Shown here: positions 17,610 to 26,526 of the stretch, piece by piece | Layout: each line of letters begins with the position of its first letter | Numbering within the stretch: position 1 is the stretch's first letter | IMG/VR virus record: IMGVR_UViG_3300033067_002359 | Span: 1-27,363 of that record | Origin: a virus | Lineage: Duplodnaviria > Caudoviricetes | DNA: 27,363 nt | Reading direction: 5' to 3' (one strand) | Notes under the pieces: generated by a model | What the model saw: the letters and a program-made list of their open reading frames with translations, nothing else | What the model was told of the DNA's origin: nothing | The model's database searches: none | Position numbers and translations under genes: made by a program

Positions 17610-18560
17610 ATGGCTGACGTAGGATGCTGCGGAGTTGGTGCCCTCTCGAAATTTGCGTTTGGGCTGATGGGCGACACGCCGACGCGAATGGACTTCATCC
17701 AGTTCGTCTCGAAAAGCGTCAAGTCCATCGTTGACGGGAGCGACAAGTCGATTCGCGGCACGCTTGATCCCACCGGCGAGAACGTGGCCGAGGGCATGCT
17801 GTTCGCCCAAGGTCGGTTTCGAATGTGGATGACCGCAGCAAAGAACGACATTCTGCTGCCGTGCTTTGGTGCGACCCAGAGCCCGACAGACACGTTCACC
17901 CTCGGCGATTCCCTGCCAGCCTGCGTGATGACTGTTGGGCCAGCCGGCTCGAACGAGATCACGTACGAAAACTGCGTGGTGACGGACTGGGTTGTGACCG
18001 GGCAGAAGGGCAGTGATCCAATCCTTCTGGACGTCGGATGGATGGGTACAACCCGTGCGTCGGCGTCGGCCGGCACGTTCTTCCTCAGCCAAACCAGCCC
18101 TGCCATGGTTGAAGGATACGCCTATCCTTACCCAGACGGATCGGCTTCTGTCACGCGGTTCTCCTACATGGGAGCGGATCGATACTTCCCCATGTTCCGC
18201 CTGGCGATGGATTACGGTGTGATTCGCGAATACAACCAGAGCGTGAATGCAACCCGGTTGTGCCCGACGAAGCACGAACTGACGTTCTCTACGAACGCCC
18301 TGTACTCGACGTGCGATTCGACAAACGATCTGCTGGAAACGCCAATGGGCGGGGATGTTTCCGGCGATGACCTGGTGATTGACCTGCAGCGAACGGTCGG
18401 TGCGAACACCTACCGGACGATCTTCACGGTCGCGAACGCCAAACTGATTGCCTCGGATCCGTCGATCAACAAGAAGGACTGGATTCGCCTCCCAATCAAT
18501 CTTCGCGGATTTGCCAGCGGAGTGACCCCGCTTCTGTCGATTGTCAACGACGCCACGTAA
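17610..18560 (+). CDS. Putative major tail tube protein
   Basis: 316 aa; T/G/S-rich beta protein with a two-domain tube-like pattern ('TDTFTL', 'TYENCVV', 'TIFTVANAK'); synteny. Confidence 0.65.
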   Translation: MADVGCCGVGALSKFAFGLMGDTPTRMDFIQFVSKSVKSIVDGSDKSIRGTLDPTGENVAEGMLFAQGRFRMWMTAAKNDILLPCFGATQSPTDTFTLGDSLPACVMTVGPAGSNEITYENCVVTDWVVTGQKGSDPILLDVGWMGTTRASASAGTFFLSQTSPAMVEGYAYPYPDGSASVTRFSYMGADRYFPMFRLAMDYGVIREYNQSVNATRLCPTKHELTFSTNALYSTCDSTNDLLETPMGGDVSGDDLVIDLQRTVGANTYRTIFTVANAKLIASDPSINKKDWIRLPINLRGFASGVTPLLSIVNDAT

Positions 18561-18572
18561 TCGGAGCCAACT

Positions 18573-18959
18573 ATGGCGACGCCAGAGCTTACTCGTGCGA
18601 AGCGAACGCCGGTGGGGGAGTTCTTCATGGAACTCCTCCACGCAGCGACGATCGCCCACATCCTGCATCTTCAGACCAAGTCCGTCGCAATTCACTTGGC
18701 GCTGGACGAGGTCTACAAGGGGTTGCCTGGACTTGTGGACGAGTTGATCGAGTCCTATCAGGGGAAGAACGGGATTGTGTCGGAATACTCTGGCGCGTTC
18801 AGCGTGCCGGCCGACGCCGTGTCGTTCATCGACAAGATGATGCACTGCATCAATCGCGACCGGAAGGTTGTCGGCGCGGACACGGAATTGCAGAACATCG
18901 TTGACGAGATCGCAGACCTGTTCAACACGGCATCCTACAAGGTGCGGTTCTTGAGTTGA
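18573..18959 (+). CDS. Ferritin/Dps-like four-helix protein (DUF5856-like)
   Basis: 'AHILHLQTKS.A.H.ALDE.Y..L..LVDELIESYQG' and 'ELQNIVDEI...YK..FL' match this phage Dps-like family. Confidence 0.8.
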   Translation: MATPELTRAKRTPVGEFFMELLHAATIAHILHLQTKSVAIHLALDEVYKGLPGLVDELIESYQGKNGIVSEYSGAFSVPADAVSFIDKMMHCINRDRKVVGADTELQNIVDEIADLFNTASYKVRFLS

Positions 18960-18966
18960 GGCGCCA

Positions 18967-19671
18967 GTGATCCTGGATGGATACAACCGCCGGGCTGTTA
19001 TCTCAGTCGGTTCTGCCGATGTGCGGATGATCTATCGCCCGCTGTTGGCAGCCAATGCCGGAGACCGGAAGCGGTGGCGATGGGAAATCTCGTGGCTGGA
19101 CGAAGAGACGTCTCAGCGAGCTATTGATGAGTTCCACAACAAGCAGATCGTGTCGTGGGGACTGGATGGCGTCTACCCCAACGGAATGCGATTCATTCGC
19201 GAGCGACACCCAGGTGCGTACGGGCACGTGCTGAATCTCCTCTACGGCACCGTTGTGGATGCCAGTGGAGACGTGTGGAGGGAAGTGGAGGGACCATGGG
19301 CAAAGAACCTGAGAGAGGGGGTGATCCTTGATCTGACGGCACCCGAAATTGCCAGACGTTCCTGTGCCGACTGCCAAAAGTTCTGGTATCTTTCCAGCGG
19401 CGAAGTGCAGATCAGAAATTCCACCGGCGAGAAGGAGTTGCGTCCCGAGTTTGCTTTACCCTCGTGCCGCACAGAATTTGGGTGCCCGAAAGGAACGCCG
19501 GAAAACCAGCGATCCTTGAACACGGCAAATGGATGGGCCTGGAGGCATTTCAAACTGTGCGACGCGAGCGGTGTTTTCCCATGCGATGCGATCGTACAAA
19601 GCAATGCGAGGATCATCAGGTCTGCGATCAAGGAGGTCGAGGCCCGCCAGAAACAGAGAGCGAAGCAATGA
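18967..19671 (+). CDS. Putative tail assembly chaperone-like protein with a Cys-rich C-terminal half
   Basis: Position after the tail tube; 'IVSWGL' chaperone-like segment; CADC and C..CPKG motifs. Confidence 0.45.
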   Translation: MILDGYNRRAVISVGSADVRMIYRPLLAANAGDRKRWRWEISWLDEETSQRAIDEFHNKQIVSWGLDGVYPNGMRFIRERHPGAYGHVLNLLYGTVVDASGDVWREVEGPWAKNLREGVILDLTAPEIARRSCADCQKFWYLSSGEVQIRNSTGEKELRPEFALPSCRTEFGCPKGTPENQRSLNTANGWAWRHFKLCDASGVFPCDAIVQSNARIIRSAIKEVEARQKQRAKQ

Positions 19672-19832
19672 CAATTCACGTTTACCCGTTGGAAGACCTG
19701 ATCGAGCATCGAACTGAAGAAAGCGCGGACGAAGTTACATGTCCATGCGAACCGACAATCGAATGGGTCCACGAAGGTCAACCGTTGGAGGAACCGATCG
19801 TCATTCACAACGCGATCGACGGAAGGGAATGA
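19668..19832 (+). CDS. Small His/Cys metal-binding phage protein (54 aa)
   Basis: ATGA overlap; HVYP..D..EH...CPC.P...IHNAIDGRE. Confidence 0.7.
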   Translation: MTIHVYPLEDLIEHRTEESADEVTCPCEPTIEWVHEGQPLEEPIVIHNAIDGRE

Positions 19833-19835
19833 AAC

Positions 19836-20159
19836 ATGATTGGGTGTGATTTGGACGGGACCTACCTGAGCGGCTTTCGCCCTGCCGAAGAGAACTACAT
19901 CTTCGTGACTGGGCGAAAAGCGGATGACTGGGCGAACACGATTCGCCAGGTTGGCGCCGAGCGGGTTCTGTATCTGCGTCCGATCTGGTTCCACGGCGAT
20001 TCACCACACTGGAAAGCGTTCATCATTCAGACGATGGGGATCATCAAGTTCTACGAGGACGAGCCTGGGCAAGCTCGCGAGATCAAGCGAATCTGCCCGA
20101 CGTGCCAGGTCGTTCTCGTTCGAGACGGCAAGATTGTCGATGAAGATTTCCAGAGATAG
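19836..20159 (+). CDS. Minimal HAD-superfamily phosphatase (PNK phosphatase-domain-like)
   Basis: Motif I CDLDGT, motif II VTGR, 'LYLRP', motif III K and motif IV FYEDE. Confidence 0.8.
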   Translation: MIGCDLDGTYLSGFRPAEENYIFVTGRKADDWANTIRQVGAERVLYLRPIWFHGDSPHWKAFIIQTMGIIKFYEDEPGQAREIKRICPTCQVVLVRDGKIVDEDFQR

Positions 20160-20167
20160 GTCAAACA

Positions 20168-21214
20168 ATGAAAAGCGTCCGCGAACAACTCGACGAGTTG
20201 GAAGCCCTCGACCTGCTTGAGCAGGAAGAGTTGATCGCTGCCGCTGCGCCCTCCCAGGAGTCTGTCAGTGAGGAAGTCACTCAGGCGGAGGAACAGGTCA
20301 ATCCGGAACAGGTCGAGTCTCCAGAAGTGGAAACTCTCGATGTGGATCAGCCGCCGGCTCCGGGTGTAGACTTGCCAGAGATGGATTCTGTGTCGCCCCC
20401 CGACGTCTCTCAGGTGTCCGTTACATCACCCGACGATGCCGCCACATCGATGGGCGATGTTCCAGCGGATGCGTCATCCACCGCTGACGCACCGCTGGCG
20501 GCGCCTGAAGAGTCGCCTCCAGAACTCGACGGCTTGTCAGAGCCCGAGTCCCCGGTGACCGAGATCGACACCGTGGATACTCCAGAGTCCGCAACCGAAG
20601 ACGTGGATTCACCTTCCGTCGAAGACGAGCCTGTGACCGACATGCAGTCAGACGCTGCCCCAGACGATCCGGTCGCTGAAGTCGAGGCGCCTGAGTCCCC
20701 GGAAACGGATCCCACCGGCGTGGACCAGGTGGAGGCAGAAGACGAGCCGGTCGCGGACATTGGATCGCCGGAACCAGTGAGCGAGCCGGCAGTTGAAATC
20801 CAAGCTCAGTCAGAACCTGACTTGCCAGTCAGTGAAGTGGACGTTCCGCAAGAGCCGACAGCGCCGTCGGCCAGCGCTGCGCCTCTGTCCAATCCGCCTG
20901 TCACCAATGAACCATTGGCCCCATTGGAAGTTCCGCAGGACGCGGAATACGACATGCCGGCAGGACTTCAGGGAGATATTACTCTCCCTGAAGTCCCAGA
21001 GGCGGAGATCGGCTCGCCAGACAACTACCAGCACGAGGAGGTTGTGGAATCGCAATACGACCAGAGCTTCAAGGCCACGGAAGATCTGGCGAATCAACTG
21101 GCGCGGAAAGTCGGCCCGCTGTTTGACGCGATGCGGCACGACCAAGAAGCCGTCGTCATGGATTACATGAACGAACAGGCTATGCTGACAACCCTTATCG
21201 GGAGGGTGTACTGA
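20168..21214 (+). CDS. Highly acidic Pro/Glu/Asp/Val/Ser-rich low-complexity protein at the tape measure position
   Basis: 348 aa; helical termini; central region lacks K/R; TGATG coupling with the next gene. Confidence 0.8.
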   Translation: MKSVREQLDELEALDLLEQEELIAAAAPSQESVSEEVTQAEEQVNPEQVESPEVETLDVDQPPAPGVDLPEMDSVSPPDVSQVSVTSPDDAATSMGDVPADASSTADAPLAAPEESPPELDGLSEPESPVTEIDTVDTPESATEDVDSPSVEDEPVTDMQSDAAPDDPVAEVEAPESPETDPTGVDQVEAEDEPVADIGSPEPVSEPAVEIQAQSEPDLPVSEVDVPQEPTAPSASAAPLSNPPVTNEPLAPLEVPQDAEYDMPAGLQGDITLPEVPEAEIGSPDNYQHEEVVESQYDQSFKATEDLANQLARKVGPLFDAMRHDQEAVVMDYMNEQAMLTTLIGRVY

Positions 21215-21945
21215 TGCCGCAGTTTTTCTACAACGGATATGGGTTTGACGAGAACGCAGTCTGGTTCACGATCATTCGCACGCCACGCCTGGGCGGGACG
21301 AATCGTCGCGCGTACGTCGATCACGACTGGTACATCGAAGGGGCGGCATACGGCGCAAACACGGCGGCTGTTCAAGCCAAGATGGCCGCGATCGAGAATG
21401 CGATGGTTGATGGCGGCGATCTGGTGTTCACCTTGTACCATTCACTCCGGTCTGCGGACTGCGTGTCTGGAACGCACGTTGGAATGTTTCAGTGGAGTCG
21501 TGGCTTCGATGGAGTTCGAGGTTCTGGTGCAGAACTTGTGCTCCGCCGGACATTCAAGGCTCGGATTTATGGCCGGATTTTGGCGGCGTCTGACACTGAT
21601 CTGATTCAGTACCGAGAGTCAATCCACGGCATCGGCGACACTGGACCAATCATTATCCCGGTAGGATCCTTGGTCGGCGATGTGCAGGCCCAGCAAACAC
21701 AACTAAAAACTCCATGGTGGGCATTTCAGTCAGGGTACGCAATTGGGTTGACGTCGACACCGTCTGCTGCAACTCCAATTTGGCAGGTGACACCAGGCGT
21801 CTATTATGACCACCCATCAGTCGACCTGGAGATTGATACGCCTATCTCGTGGGGCATCAATCAAAACACGGGGTTCAAAATCGCGTGGCGATACAAGTGC
21901 TGGTCTCGTGCTTCGCTGATGACGAGCCCGTTCAACCCGTTCTGA
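21214..21945 (+). CDS. Putative distal tail/tail tip protein
   Basis: Aromatic beta-rich, 243 aa; position before a hub-like gene. Confidence 0.45.
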   Translation: MPQFFYNGYGFDENAVWFTIIRTPRLGGTNRRAYVDHDWYIEGAAYGANTAAVQAKMAAIENAMVDGGDLVFTLYHSLRSADCVSGTHVGMFQWSRGFDGVRGSGAELVLRRTFKARIYGRILAASDTDLIQYRESIHGIGDTGPIIIPVGSLVGDVQAQQTQLKTPWWAFQSGYAIGLTSTPSAATPIWQVTPGVYYDHPSVDLEIDTPISWGINQNTGFKIAWRYKCWSRASLMTSPFNPF

Positions 21946-21952
21946 GGTCGCC

Positions 21953-23668
21953 ATGAGCACTCCTGAAATCTCCGGGACACTGACGTTCCCTGGTGTCACA
22001 TACCCCATTCGAGCGACGGTCTCTCGAGTTCTCGGCGTGCGACCGTCAACAGCCGTGCTCTACGCAATTCCGCAGGCCGGCTCTCCAGATTGTTCCGGCA
22101 CAGCGACATTTCGCTTTGGATCGACGACTCGGGTGCTGGAGTGGACCAACGCTCTCTGTGATTCGTCGACGCTCAGCGTGCGGACAAGGGGTGGTCGACT
22201 TCAGGTGTTTCTCATCCATGATCGTCGGTGGAGGTGGAGCAAGGCACCGCTGATCAAGGGGGCCTACAACGTCCGCGATCCGAGCGGGAATATCATCGCT
22301 TCCACACAGAAGACGCTGGCTGAACTGGCGACGATCCTCTTCACGCAGCTTGGGGACGGATCGGCTGATGTCTCACTGATCACATCCACGGAGCTTCCCG
22401 AGGTCTGCTGGGAATACGAAGAACCAGCCGACGAATTGGCCGATCTGCTGGAATCTCGTGGGTACGTCATCTCACTGATGACGGACAACACGTTCAAGGT
22501 GTTTCCGGTCGGCAGCGGAGCGGTCATCCCGAACAACGATGACTTGATCACTGCGGCCGTGTCGGTGGATCCTCCGGAGATTCCGGAACTGATTCGCGTG
22601 ATCGCGAACAGAACAATGGTGCAGTCAAAACTGCTGTGCCTGCCGGTCGGGATGGATGTCGACTACACAGTCAAGTCCGTCTACGATCTGTCGTACAATC
22701 CGGGTGGAGTCGGGAACACATCAGGGTGGGACGGAATTGACCTGGTGACGATGGCTGCGATCACAGATCCGACTGCGAGGCAACTGGCTCTCGAAACGGT
22801 CGGTCGATGGTATCAGGTCTCGTGCCAGGCAGACGGAACGCAGGACCTGCAGTTCGGCAGCGTGGATTATGTCCCCGGAGAAATTGCTGTCACGAGCGGT
22901 GCCCAGTTCCTGCCACTCAAGGATTTCTTGCTGACGACCACCGCGAATGTGTTCGGTCAGAAGAAGTACGATCAGGCGTTTGTCAGCGGGACATTCTGGG
23001 ATGGTGCTGCTACGAACCCTCCCGCGAATCTTGGCCCGTTCTATCAACTGCAGCAAACCCCATGGTTCCTGATGAAAGACCTGGGGATTGTGGCGTTTGA
23101 CACGCCAGAGACGAAGTTCGATGCAGGCAAGGGGAAGATGGTATTCGCGGACGTCTACCTGACGTGTGCGTACTCGATCCACGACAACACGACGAACGTC
23201 AAGGATCACTACACCAAGGCTCGAAACCTTGGTGGGTACGGCGAGGATTCGTTGAGAGCCGACTATCTTCAGCGGACGCTGATCGCGGAGTACACTGCGG
23301 GAACGCCGACTCTTTCGGACTTGATCGACAACTCTGCAGACGTCGACACTGCAGCCGACCTTCTGCTTGACAACATGGAGCAGAAGTACGGTGCGACGGT
23401 CGGTAATATCCTCAGCTTCCGGGATATCCAGGATATCGACACGGACGGAGTCTGCCGGCAGGTTCAGTGGAACATCGCTATGCGCGGGCCGGCACCATTC
23501 AGTACGATGGCCTGCCAGAACGCCGAGATGCTGCCGCTGCTGCCCACCTCAGTGGAAATGTTACGGGCTCGTTTTGCTCGGATGAATGGATCGCCGAGGA
23601 ATCGGCGGAACCACAGTTACAAGTGGAGTCACTTCGGAAAATCCGCTCCAGGCGGCGGGATTCCATAA
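21953..23668 (+). CDS. Putative baseplate hub/tail tip protein
   Basis: GAGG RBS; 571 aa; 'DRRWRW' and 'ELADLLESRGYVISL...FKVF' hub-like pattern. Confidence 0.55.
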   Translation: MSTPEISGTLTFPGVTYPIRATVSRVLGVRPSTAVLYAIPQAGSPDCSGTATFRFGSTTRVLEWTNALCDSSTLSVRTRGGRLQVFLIHDRRWRWSKAPLIKGAYNVRDPSGNIIASTQKTLAELATILFTQLGDGSADVSLITSTELPEVCWEYEEPADELADLLESRGYVISLMTDNTFKVFPVGSGAVIPNNDDLITAAVSVDPPEIPELIRVIANRTMVQSKLLCLPVGMDVDYTVKSVYDLSYNPGGVGNTSGWDGIDLVTMAAITDPTARQLALETVGRWYQVSCQADGTQDLQFGSVDYVPGEIAVTSGAQFLPLKDFLLTTTANVFGQKKYDQAFVSGTFWDGAATNPPANLGPFYQLQQTPWFLMKDLGIVAFDTPETKFDAGKGKMVFADVYLTCAYSIHDNTTNVKDHYTKARNLGGYGEDSLRADYLQRTLIAEYTAGTPTLSDLIDNSADVDTAADLLLDNMEQKYGATVGNILSFRDIQDIDTDGVCRQVQWNIAMRGPAPFSTMACQNAEMLPLLPTSVEMLRARFARMNGSPRNRRNHSYKWSHFGKSAPGGGIP

Positions 23669-23680
23669 AAGGAGAATGCC

Positions 23681-24136
23681 ATGGGCATGACAACGGCCGG
23701 TCAGATCGTCAAAGGTTCGATCGTCGGGAATGACCTCAGTCTTCAGGCTGATGTCCCCTGCGAAACGATGCGGCATGCGTACGTTTGCGGCACGAATTTC
23801 GGGAAGGGGTTCAACGAAACTCCTGTCACCAAAACAGAAATCGTTCGTGTCGCCACAGGGGCAGGTGTGATCCAGGGGTTCCATGCCATGGCATATGAAT
23901 CCGGCTCCAGCGCCTCTGTCACCTTCGATCTGAAGAAGAACGGAACGAGCGTCTTGTCTGGTGCAATCACGGTCAATGATGCGACTGGAGACCGAACAAC
24001 GGTTGACGGGACGGTTACGTCGCCCAATGTCGTTAAGGATGACGTCCTGACGATCGTGCAAACCGTGTCGACATCGACTGGGATGCAGGGAACATACGCG
24101 TGGCTTACCATGCAAGAAACTGCTGCCCCGGTGTAA
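23681..24136 (+). CDS. Minor virion structural protein (beta-sandwich)
   Basis: AAAGGAG RBS; 'VTFDLKKNGTSVLS...DDVLTI' is common in phage tail proteins. Confidence 0.6.
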   Translation: MGMTTAGQIVKGSIVGNDLSLQADVPCETMRHAYVCGTNFGKGFNETPVTKTEIVRVATGAGVIQGFHAMAYESGSSASVTFDLKKNGTSVLSGAITVNDATGDRTTVDGTVTSPNVVKDDVLTIVQTVSTSTGMQGTYAWLTMQETAAPV

Positions 24137-24139
24137 TCA

Positions 24140-24847
24140 ATGCCGACTCCGCCATACATTCCGATCCCATACCTGAACACGTCAGGGGAAGCAGTTCCCC
24201 GGTACGGCGTTCTTCAATTGGTGTTGGATGTCGACACCGCGACAAACACAACCATCTGGTCCGTTAAAGCGGCAAAGCCTTCGAGCGTCGACGGGGTGTT
24301 CGCGATCGACAGCGGGAAGGGGGCGACTGCGGCCGGCGGACCTGGCGCGTACGGGATCGCCTACATCCCGATCTCCCACGCGATGTGGGTGCATTTCAGC
24401 GGTTCCGCGCCATCGACGGCATGGGAAACCCAGGTCGGCCCCAAAGAGGGCGAGTGGTACATGACCACCGAAGGCAGCGGGTACTGGTACGCCGGAGCGT
24501 ACAACTCGGATGCCGGCCTTGTTCTGGTCATGCAAATTGGCGGGTCCAAAGGCGCCAAGATCATCGAGTTCGAAATCACTTCCGCCGAGTGCTCTGGATC
24601 AGGGACCGGATCTGGCACTGCTCCGTCCGACACGTGCACCGCGATGGCGATTGCCATCAACGCGTACTGCGGAGGATCAATCCCTGAAGGCGAATTCGAA
24701 GTTGTTGACGACGAGGGATGCTGGCTGACTGGCAATGCCCAGTTGCTTGTTGGCCTGAAAGGCAAGGCTGTCTCCATGGAGCCGCCAGGTGGAGGGGCTT
24801 GTTACTGGTCGATCATTTCCCTTCCCTGCCTCGGGAATAATTGCTGA
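24140..24847 (+). CDS. Putative tail-associated protein with a Cys/Gly-rich C-terminal domain
   Basis: Operon position; SGSGTGSGT linker; six C-terminal Cys. Confidence 0.6.
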   Translation: MPTPPYIPIPYLNTSGEAVPRYGVLQLVLDVDTATNTTIWSVKAAKPSSVDGVFAIDSGKGATAAGGPGAYGIAYIPISHAMWVHFSGSAPSTAWETQVGPKEGEWYMTTEGSGYWYAGAYNSDAGLVLVMQIGGSKGAKIIEFEITSAECSGSGTGSGTAPSDTCTAMAIAINAYCGGSIPEGEFEVVDDEGCWLTGNAQLLVGLKGKAVSMEPPGGGACYWSIISLPCLGNNC

Positions 24848-26205
24848 TGGCCAATATCAAAGGGAAGTGCAGTGGATGCTGCATTCTGAATCGAGACTGC
24901 GCGGGATGCGCCAGGTGTCTTCCTCGCTGGCTTTGCGCCAACGTAGAGATTACTCCGGCCGGTGGATCCGGCACTGGGACTGGAGATTGGAGCAGTTGCT
25001 GCGGGTACGATTTCAGGTTGAATGGCAATTGCGAAACATGGTCCGGGTCTGGCTCGTGCGGAGATCCGACAACCGCCCTTGACCTGACTGTCACACTGGT
25101 GCCGGACGCTGGAACTGGCGTGTCTGGATGCTCGACTCAGGTCGATTCTTCTTTGCTGCCAGAGCCGCTTGTGTTTGATGGCCTGATTCCTGTCATGGAG
25201 TTTTCTGTTGTTACGGGACACGGAGATATTCTGGATGTCAGGATCACCAAGTCAAACGTGGTAGAGAATCCAGTGGCCTTCGAGCCGTGCTCCCCATGCT
25301 CCTGCGCCACGTGTTTGCCGGAGAAGTTTTGCGTCAGCGTTCTTGGGCCACCGAACCCTCTGTGCTCTTGTACTGACAAGAAGCTTTTTACCTGGGACTG
25401 CGAAACGCGATCTTGGATTGGCGAGAACTTGGTATGCGGAAACAAGGAGTTCGCGATTCAGTTGACGTTGCTTCCGGCAAGCTCTGGCATTTGCGGAATG
25501 CAAGTCTCAATCGGAGAGGCGTCCGGCACGGGATCTGGAACAGGCACCGCACTAGACGACGACATTGTCAGATTTGAGAACGCACTTGACGCAAGATGGA
25601 TTCGCGGGGTCCCATGCGTTGGAGACGGCGTCTCAAACAACATTGGGCAACCAGAGTTGAAGCCTTGCCCGCCAGAAACACCAGAGTGCCCAGATCCGCC
25701 ATCGCAAACATTCTCGACAATGATCACAAAAACGATCACTGTCGGGTTCTACGCATTCACGGTTACAGAGCTTGCCTGCGGCTCCTGTGACAAGAACAGC
25801 AATATCTACTCTCCATCGTGCCCGGAGTGCTTTGCATTACCCGGGGTTGTCCATATGTCTTTCGACACGACCTGCCCCCCGCTGTCTGGGTTTTCAGTGG
25901 CCCTGACTTGGGATGAGTGCGAAAGTTCGTGGATTAACGCGAACTCGTCTCTTCCGTGCAGCAAGTTTCCTGGGGTTGTGAAATGGATTTTGGCCGGATC
26001 ATCTGGTCAGTTTGAACTCTCCGCCAGAGATGCTTTTGGCAATTTCACTGATTTTGATTTTCCGGACAGCGCGAACTGCGATCCATTTGAACTGGCGTGG
26101 ACGAAGCCAACGCTGGCCAGCATGGTGATGGCATGCTACCCAACATGCGATCCATCCGGGATCAGCGGTCACACGGACTCACTCAGCATTCACATTACCG
26201 CGTAA
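24847..26205 (+). CDS. Cys-rich repeat protein (about 35 Cys), putative tail fibre/receptor-binding protein
   Basis: TGATG coupling; three CxxC(x)LP-initiated modules; SGTGSGT linkers. Confidence 0.65.
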   Translation: MANIKGKCSGCCILNRDCAGCARCLPRWLCANVEITPAGGSGTGTGDWSSCCGYDFRLNGNCETWSGSGSCGDPTTALDLTVTLVPDAGTGVSGCSTQVDSSLLPEPLVFDGLIPVMEFSVVTGHGDILDVRITKSNVVENPVAFEPCSPCSCATCLPEKFCVSVLGPPNPLCSCTDKKLFTWDCETRSWIGENLVCGNKEFAIQLTLLPASSGICGMQVSIGEASGTGSGTGTALDDDIVRFENALDARWIRGVPCVGDGVSNNIGQPELKPCPPETPECPDPPSQTFSTMITKTITVGFYAFTVTELACGSCDKNSNIYSPSCPECFALPGVVHMSFDTTCPPLSGFSVALTWDECESSWINANSSLPCSKFPGVVKWILAGSSGQFELSARDAFGNFTDFDFPDSANCDPFELAWTKPTLASMVMACYPTCDPSGISGHTDSLSIHITA

Positions 26206-26464
26206 TGGAGTGCGACGATTCCTCTCCAGACTGAGGGTCGAACGAAACGATGTGAGACCTGTTCTGCATGTCAGAAAATCGGTGAAGGATCTTCCGGCCG
26301 CTTTTGTCAAAGACGATCTCTTCGGCGAACTCGCCGTCTCGAAGGCGAGTTTTTGTTACGAACCCGTTGTCAGTTCGCGTTTCCCACGAGTTGCCAGCGG
26401 TTGACAAAAAAGAGAGCATGAACGCAAGGCCGGCCAAAGCGGCAGTGAATCTGAAAAGCTTCAT
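26195..26464 (-). CDS. Small secreted protein with a signal peptide (moron-like)
   Basis: AAGGAA RBS; MKLFRF followed by hydrophobic TAALAGLAFMLSFLSTA; fills an otherwise empty gap on the opposite strand. Confidence 0.65.
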   Translation of the reverse strand: MKLFRFTAALAGLAFMLSFLSTAGNSWETRTDNGFVTKTRLRDGEFAEEIVFDKSGRKILHRFSDMQNRSHIVSFDPQSGEESSHSITR

Positions 26465-26526
26465 TTGCGATGTTCCTTGAAGGGCGACTGTCATTCCCCA
26501 TAAGCATAGAACGAAGGATCGCTGAA

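Noticed and set aside
17583-18986. 467-aa minus-strand ORF
   Set aside because: Shadow of the same-frame tail tube and Dps-like genes; no recognisable motifs.
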